From NCBI GenBank assembly GCA_963822835.1, contig CAWGIZ010000009.1, positions 80,542-144,541 of the forward strand: 64,000 bases of DNA, written 5' to 3'. Source of the stretch: an uncultured Alphaproteobacteria bacterium (GTDB lineage: Bacteria; Pseudomonadota; Alphaproteobacteria; CAVTAV01). Position 1 is the first letter of the stretch. Each line of letters opens with the position of its first letter. The notes beneath the pieces are model-generated. The model ran no database searches, was not told the DNA's origin, and saw nothing but the letters and a program-made list of their open reading frames with translations. Below, piece after piece: positions 58,230 to 64,000 of this stretch. The position numbers and the translations under genes are program-made.

Positions 58230-59126
58230 TAATCCTGCGCCGGTTCCGCCGACACGGCGGCGATGAAGTCCAGCGTCCAGTCTTCGAGCTGAGCATGCCA
58301 CTCGCGCGTTGAGAAGGTGTGGTCGGCGGGCTTCAAATCGCGCCGCTCGATACCGCGGACGCTGCATGAGCGCCTTCCAGCGCGCCGATCTGGGCGATGA
58401 GATCCTTGAACTCCTGCGCGGTGTAATCGTCCCCCGACAGGATGAACAGCACGCGCCCCTTGAAGCGCTCGAATCCGTTCGCCATGCGGTCGGGGAGGGG
58501 CAGGTCGCTGTCGCCCGCCTGGCCCGGCGCATCCGCCGGCGTCTCGGATTTCGGGCCGCGCGCGGCGGACAGAAGCGAGGAAAAGGATCGCAAAGAGTTC
58601 CTAGGGCGAACCGCCCGCTGAAGATCTTCTTCCAGAAATCGGGCGCGAGCAGGCGCTGGATGTAATAGTGCTTCAGATAAGTCTTGGCGGAACCGGCCTC
58701 GGTGCGCACCCACGGGTTCAGCAGTACCAGCCCGGAGACCTCCGGCGGCAGTTTCGGGCTCAGCAGGAAGCTCGACACGGCGCCGCACAGGCCCCACAGG
58801 ACGATGCGCTTCAGCGTGGGCACCTGCCGCTGGAATTCCTCTGCGGCGGCCCAGAGGTCGTCGTGCGTATCCTCGAAGTGATGCAGCTCGATGTCGTAGC
58901 GCTCGCCTTCCGCGTCGCCATTCGCCCGGTCGTCGAAGCGCATCACGGCGAAGCCCTCGGCCGCCAGACGGCGCGCGAGCATGACATATTGGCGATGCGC
59001 GCCGACGCGGTATTGGTCGCCGCCGGTAAGGATCAGCAATCCGGTCTCGGCGGGCGCGGCGGGTTCATGGATGATCCCGAGAAGCTCCGATCCCTTGCAG
59101 GAGAAGATGACGGCGCGCTCGCTCAC
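58230..59126 (-). CDS. Alpha/beta hydrolase, exosortase-A-system 'hydrolase 1' type; frameshifted
   Basis: GLLILTGGDQYRVG..., nucleophile elbow WGLCGAVS. Confidence 0.5.
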
Positions 59127-59950
59127 GATAACGCCTCCATCGCCTCGACCGCGCCTTGAACGAAATTCGCCATCTCGACGCGGAGCTGAAGATTCCAGAC
59201 CGGCTCGTCGACGATCGTTTTCGTCGTGACCGCGAGGCCGGCTTCTGTCCAGCCGTCGATCATGCGGCTCGCGGCCGGACTGAGCGTGGCGTCTTCGCGC
59301 GCTGCGACTTCGAGCCAGATCACGGGCGATTTCGCCGCCGTGCCCAACGTGCCGAGGCGCAAGCCATCGATGCCGAGAGCGAGAGCGGGCGGTAATTCAT
59401 AGCCCGCGACCTCGATCGTCTCGCCGGCCTTGAGGGCGGCCATCAGAGATTTCGTGTCCTGGCCTTCGCCGCCGTCAGAGATGTCGGCAGCGAGGCGGAT
59501 GCGCAGGACCTGCTTGAGATAGTTCTGGCCGTTGGTGACCGGTTGCCAGAGCACAAGGCGCTGAAACTTGCCCGGATGACCCGCCGCGACATCGGCCGCA
59601 AGCGTTGCGCCGAGCCTCAAGCCGCCGAGCGCGATCGGCGTGGTGCCGTCTGCTTCCAGCCAGTCGACGGCCGCCTCGACATTGGCTTTCCAGATGTCCC
59701 AGCTCGCGTCGGAGAAATTCCCCTCGCTGTCTCCGGTTCCGAACGGATCGAGCACGGCGACGCCGATGCCGCGCGCTGCGCAACCGCGCGCGAAGGCCGC
59801 GATCACATGGCGCGTGCGGTTCAGTTCTTCGGCGAAGGGGGGATAAACAGAAGCCGGCTTTTGACCGGCAAGCCGTCAGACGGCGGAAAATAAAGCAGGA
59901 AGACCTTGCCGGCGCGGCTCTCCAGGTAGAGCGGTCTCAAGGCCTGCAAA
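59123..59950 (-). CDS. Alpha/beta hydrolase, exosortase-A-system 'hydrolase 2' type; frameshift near 59810, 5' boundary with ACP unresolved
   Basis: GIGVAVLDPFGTGDSEG...LGGLRLGATLAA. The N-terminal segment RPLYLESRAGKVFLLYFPP lies in the ACP frame. Confidence 0.5.
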
Positions 59951-59959
59951 TCCTTTTCG

Positions 59960-60213
59960 GTCAGGCCGCCAGCTTCGATTTCGACATACATGCGCAGGCT
60001 GCCGACGGATTTGAAGGTTTCGGCGCTGATCTCGTCGTCTTCGATCGAGATGTCGAATTTTTCCTCGATGGCGGCCAGAAGCGTGGCGATCATCATAGAA
60101 TCGAGTTCGGGCAGGTTGCCGAGCAGGAGCGTCGACTCCGTAAGGTCATTGGCGCGGTCCCCCAGTTGAAGGGTCTGCGCAAGGACGTCCCTGATTTCCT
60201 CGGCTACCGACAT
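59960..60213 (-). CDS. Acyl carrier protein (exosortase-locus associated)
   Basis: MSVAEEIRDVLAQTL...LGNLPELDSMMIATLLAAIEEKFDI contains the phosphopantetheine Ser in the DSM context. Confidence 0.5.
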
Positions 60214-60280
60214 TCTCTCAAGCCCTCGAAGCAAAGCGCTGGTTTATATAGCAAATCCAAAACTCACGGAAGTACGGAGA

Positions 60281-61357
60281 TTACTTGCCGTTCTTGGCCA
60301 GTTCGTCGTGCCGCGCCGACCCGCCGATCTTTGCCTCTTCATGCGCGGAGACCCGGTTGTGGATCGTCTTCAGCAGGCCCCAGCGGTAATAATTCACGTG
60401 ATACATCACCCGGAAATCATCGGACCACTTGGTCTGCCAGTCGCGCACGCGGCCATAGAATTCGTATCGGCTGAACCGGGTGTTATCCAGGAAGTCCTGC
60501 ATCATGTCCTGGCGCATGAGGAGCGCCGGCGAGGTCGACTTCTCGGCTTCGTCATAGGTGGTCTTGAGGCCGGCGATGGTGCCGTTGCGATAGACGCAGA
60601 TGTCGGCGGCGACCAGCTTGTCGCCGTAATAGTAGTGAAACACCGAGGCGTTCCCGCGCTTCGCCAGCCGCGTCAGCATCTCGGTGTAATAGCGGCCCTG
60701 CGCGTTGTCGGCATGGATCGCGCCGGCAATCTCGGCCTTCCAGCCCGCCGATTCGATTTCGCCATAGGCCGCGACGCCCCGCGCCATGTCCTCGGGCTTC
60801 GTCAGCTCGACGAGACGAGGCGCGCGTTCGTTGCGTTCGAGCCCGTTACGCGCCCGGCGCAGATTCTCGCGGAGTTTCTTGCTGCGGGCGGCCCAATAGT
60901 CGTTGAACGAACCGCTCATCGGGATCCGCGCCGTCGGCACGTAATCGATCGTGCTGACATGTCCGGTATCCTGCGGCCGGGGCATGATGTCGGGGTCCTG
61001 CTGGGTCAGGCAGAACAGCAGCTTGCTGATCGGCAGGGCCGAAACGAGGCCGCCCATCAGCTCGGTCATGGAGAGGTCCGGGCGCTGGACCCAGAAGCCC
61101 AAAGGCGCCTGATCCGGCCACATGGTGCCGATTCGGCCGCGTCCGTCATCCTGTAGCAGGGCCATCGCAATCGGCCCGTCCGGGCCGGTGCAGACGGCGA
61201 GCTTCTCGCTGCCGTTCACGAGCTCCGAAAAGAAAGGCTCGATAAAATCGGGGTCCAGAAGCGGAGAATCCGCCTGTCCCTCGTTCAGAGACCTCCATCC
61301 CGCGGCATGATCCTGCCACGCGGAGAGATCATATATTTTCCATTGACCAGCACGCAT
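60281..61357 (-). CDS. FemAB/GNAT-like protein, PEP-CTERM-system associated
   Basis: 358-aa intact reading frame starting MRAGQWKIYDLSAWQDH, with composition and size of the FemAB-like acyltransferase fold. Its position between ACP and the aminotransferase is as in described exosortase A loci. Confidence 0.55.
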   Translation of the reverse strand: MRAGQWKIYDLSAWQDHAAGWRSLNEGQADSPLLDPDFIEPFFSELVNGSEKLAVCTGPDGPIAMALLQDDGRGRIGTMWPDQAPLGFWVQRPDLSMTELMGGLVSALPISKLLFCLTQQDPDIMPRPQDTGHVSTIDYVPTARIPMSGSFNDYWAARSKKLRENLRRARNGLERNERAPRLVELTKPEDMARGVAAYGEIESAGWKAEIAGAIHADNAQGRYYTEMLTRLAKRGNASVFHYYYGDKLVAADICVYRNGTIAGLKTTYDEAEKSTSPALLMRQDMMQDFLDNTRFSRYEFYGRVRDWQTKWSDDFRVMYHVNYYRWGLLKTIHNRVSAHEEAKIGGSARHDELAKNGK

Positions 61358-61398
61358 CCGCGACCCCTGTTCTTCCCACCCTGAGTAGGAGAGCCCGG

Positions 61399-62675
61399 TC
61401 AATTTTCCCTTAATACTATTTCGCGGAATGCCCCGGCGATTCGCCGGAGCTCCTCGTCCGTCAGGTCCTGATGGCAGGCGAGCTGGATCAGATGCCGGGA
61501 CATGTCGACGCTGACCGGGCAGACCGTCTCGTCCACACCGTCCCACAGGAACTGGCCGTAGCGCTGCATCGGCAGGGCCGCGTCCTCGAGGCGCGGAAAG
61601 ACGTCTTCCAGCCGGTCCACCCGGAACGGCACCATGAAGGGCACGACATTGTCGGGCAAGATCCGGGAAGAGGGGACGGAGCCCGGGGCCGGTGCCCACC
61701 AGGTCCAGCATCTTCCGGTAGTTCTCCCGGCGTCTGCGGGCGATCCATCCGCCCGACGGTGATTCGCCACAGAAATCTTGGAAAGTCCAGAGATTCCAAG
61801 GTGTTCCTCTTCCGGGAAGTAATCGATCTCGCGTTCCTCGGGCGGCGGCTCGGGATTGAGGCCGTCGACGCGGCTCCGGCGCGGCTTTGCTCTTGCCGCG
61901 CAGCATGTCGAGCAGGGTGAGCGGCGGATCGAGCAGCCAAAGCCGCCCGAATTTGAGCGCGCGCTCCACGAGCGTCAGCCCGTCCCGCAAATTCGCGACA
62001 AGCCCCGGCGATTCGAGGTCCACGTCGCGCAACTCCGGGCGCTTGGTGATCAGGCAGCCACCCTGCGCGATCGGGAAGAATTTCCGGCTGCTGCCGATGA
62101 CGAAATCGCCATGCGTTCCCATGCCCGCGCCGAAGAAGGCGTGCGCGCAATCCTCGATGAAGCGCGATGCCGTGCTGGTCGGCGAACGGCGCAAAGCCGC
62201 GCCATCCTGCGGAAATCCGAACATGTGGGACGCCATGATCGCCTTCGTGTTCGGGCGTCACCTTCGCGCCCGCATCGGCGATATCGACATTGAGCAGACG
62301 GTCGATCTTGTAGAACACCGGCGTTGCGCCCTTGGCGACGATCGGATCGATCATCGCCGTGCAATGACAGGCGGGCACAAGTACCTCGTCGCCCGTGCCG
62401 ACCTTCAGAATGTCCAGCGCGATGCCGATGGCATATCGGCCAGCGATCACTTCGAGCAGATCGCCGTGCTCGATGATGGAGGGTATATTCGCGCCAGACC
62501 GCGCAAGCAGGCCCTTGAGCGACAGAATCGGAAACAGCGGCTCCTGCGGCTCCGGGATCAGGCGCTTGCCGCCGGCGGCATCTTTCGTGGTCGCCGAGGC
62601 GATGGTGCCCAGGCGGCGATTTTTCCGGGCCTTCGGGGGCACGGACCGGCCGCGCTCGATAGCTGCGTTAACCAT
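61399..62675 (-). CDS. DegT/DnrJ/EryC1/StrS-family PLP-dependent aminotransferase; 2 frameshifts
   Basis: EVLVPACHCTAMIDPIVAKGATPVFYKID...FSFYPTKNL-like region and C-terminus PFMVPFRVDRLEDV...QRYGQFLWDG across 3 frames. Confidence 0.65.
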
Positions 62676-62838
62676 AATTTCAATAACGCCCGAACTCTGT
62701 CACAATTGGTGGCTTGAAAAGCGATGACTCCAATAGTGACAAGGGGTTGTTAAGCAATTCTTTAGCCGTTTTCGCCATGAAGAACAGACGAAATACTCTC
62801 CTCGAACGGTAGTCTCAGTTCAGAGCCTTGGGACCGTC

Positions 62839-64000
62839 ATGCTGGTTTCCGATCTAATTCGCTCGGCGGCGCTTAAGACGCCGCAAGCTCCCGCCCTGAT
62901 CTTCAAGGCGGAGACGCTGTCATATGGCGATCTCGACGCTTTGACGCAACGGACGGCGCGCGGCTTCCTCGAATGCGGCCTCGGCCGCGGCGAGCGTGTC
63001 GCCATCTATCTTGCCGAAACAGATCGAAACCGTGGCGGCCATGTTCGGCGCGGCGGCGGCTGGCGGCGTCTACGTGCCGGTCAATCCGGGTCTCAAGCCG
63101 CGTCAGGTCGGTCACATCATGGCGGATTGCAACGTGCGGATTCTGGTGACGAGCCCGGATCGCTGGGCCGGCTTCGAGGAAATCCTCGATCAGATTCCCG
63201 ATCTCCGCGTCGTCGTCCTGACCGGCTCCGTGCCCGACAGCGCCGATGAGCGCATCCGCATGCTCGGCTGGGAAGAAATGCTGGCGCTTGGCGCGAATGC
63301 GTCCGCGAAGCCGTACCGCGTGATCGACAGCGACATGGCGGCGATCCTCTACACCTCCGGCAGCACCGGCATGCCGAAAGGCGTCGTGCTGTCCCACGGC
63401 AATGTCGTGGCGGGCGCGATGAGCGTCGCGGAATATCTCGAAAACACGCCGGACGACCGCATCCTGAGCGTGCTTGCCGCTCAGCTTCGACTACGGCATG
63501 AGCCAGCTCACGACGGCCTTCCATGCCGGCGCGTCCGTGGTGTTGATGAATTACCTGCTGGCGCGCGATGTCGTTCGCGCGGTCGAGCAATACAAGATCA
63601 CGGGCCTCGCCTGCGTGCCGCCCTTGTGGATCCAGCTCGCCGGGCTCGATTGGCCCGAGGCGGCATCCAAATCCGTGCGCTATTTCACCAATTCCGGCGG
63701 CCGGATGCCGCGCGCCATTCTCGATCAGTTGCGCACGCGCCTGCCGAACGCAAAGCCCTATCTGATGTATGGCCTGACCGAGGCTTTCCGCTCCACCTAT
63801 CTGCCGCCGAGCGAGGTCGACAAGCGGCCGGATTCGATCGGCAAGGCGATCCCGAACGCGGAGGTCATGGTCGTGCGGCCGGACGGCACGCTCTGCGATC
63901 CGGGCGAGCCCGGCGAGCTTGTCCATCGCGGTCCGCTCGTCTCGCTCGGTTACTGGAACGACAAGGGCCGAACGGCCGAACGGTTCAAGCCCGCGCCGGG
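62839..64000 (+). CDS. Acyl-CoA ligase (AMP-forming), exosortase-A-associated type; 5' partial (runs off window end); at least 2 frameshifts
   Basis: AMP-binding motif ILYTSGSTGMPKGVVLSH, then YGLTEAF..., ...GELVHRGPLVSLGYWND. Confidence 0.7.

Noticed and set aside
60281-62236. 651-aa minus-strand ORF
   Set aside because: It is a chimera. The C-terminal 358 aa are the FemAB-like gene (start MRAGQW at 61357). The upstream part is an out-of-frame read of the DegT aminotransferase gene.
62700-62740. Sigma-54-like element TGGCTTGAAAAGC in the ligase promoter
   Set aside because: The GG-to-GC spacing is 2 nt too short for a -24/-12 promoter.

Overview
High-GC (~65%) segment that looks like an alphaproteobacterial (Rhizobiales-like) chromosome. 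Roughly the first 47 kb carry core metabolism and housekeeping genes: pccB-pccA-acylphosphatase, lipB, a siroheme-synthase N-domain gene with cysH and a methyltransferase, mgtE, a UvrD-family helicase, an FAD-linked oxidase, an AsmA-family gene, fumC plus an intact class I fumarase, thyA-folA, mrp/apbC, hflK-hflC-DUF2065-degP, miaA and ilvB-ilvN-ilvC. Interspersed accessory pieces are an FkbH-like HAD-IIIC multidomain gene next to a tRNA-Leu(GAG); a secreted PEP-CTERM protein carrying about 65 tandem 12-nt repeats that encode (N-T-G-G)n; and a ~1.2 kb low-GC island between folA and mrp. The PEP-CTERM gene is preceded by a near-consensus sigma-54 (-24/-12) promoter. The last ~16 kb (49.6-64 kb) is an exosortase-A-type (PEP-CTERM/EpsH) exopolysaccharide locus: polysaccharide deacetylase, two GT4 glycosyltransferases, tRNA-Val-like, wecB, an O-antigen-ligase-like gene, an AsnB-like gene, hydrolase 1 and 2, ACP, a FemAB-like gene, a DegT aminotransferase and an AMP-ligase that runs off the window end. 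No exosortase gene was found inside the window. Immediately upstream of this locus is an intact 766-aa membrane plus coiled-coil protein with 29-aa tandem repeats and no assignable function. About 50 apparent single-nucleotide frameshifts are scattered through otherwise well-conserved genes. This points to indel-rich sequence, so coordinates of frameshifted genes are approximate. No CRISPR array, transposase or integrase was detected.
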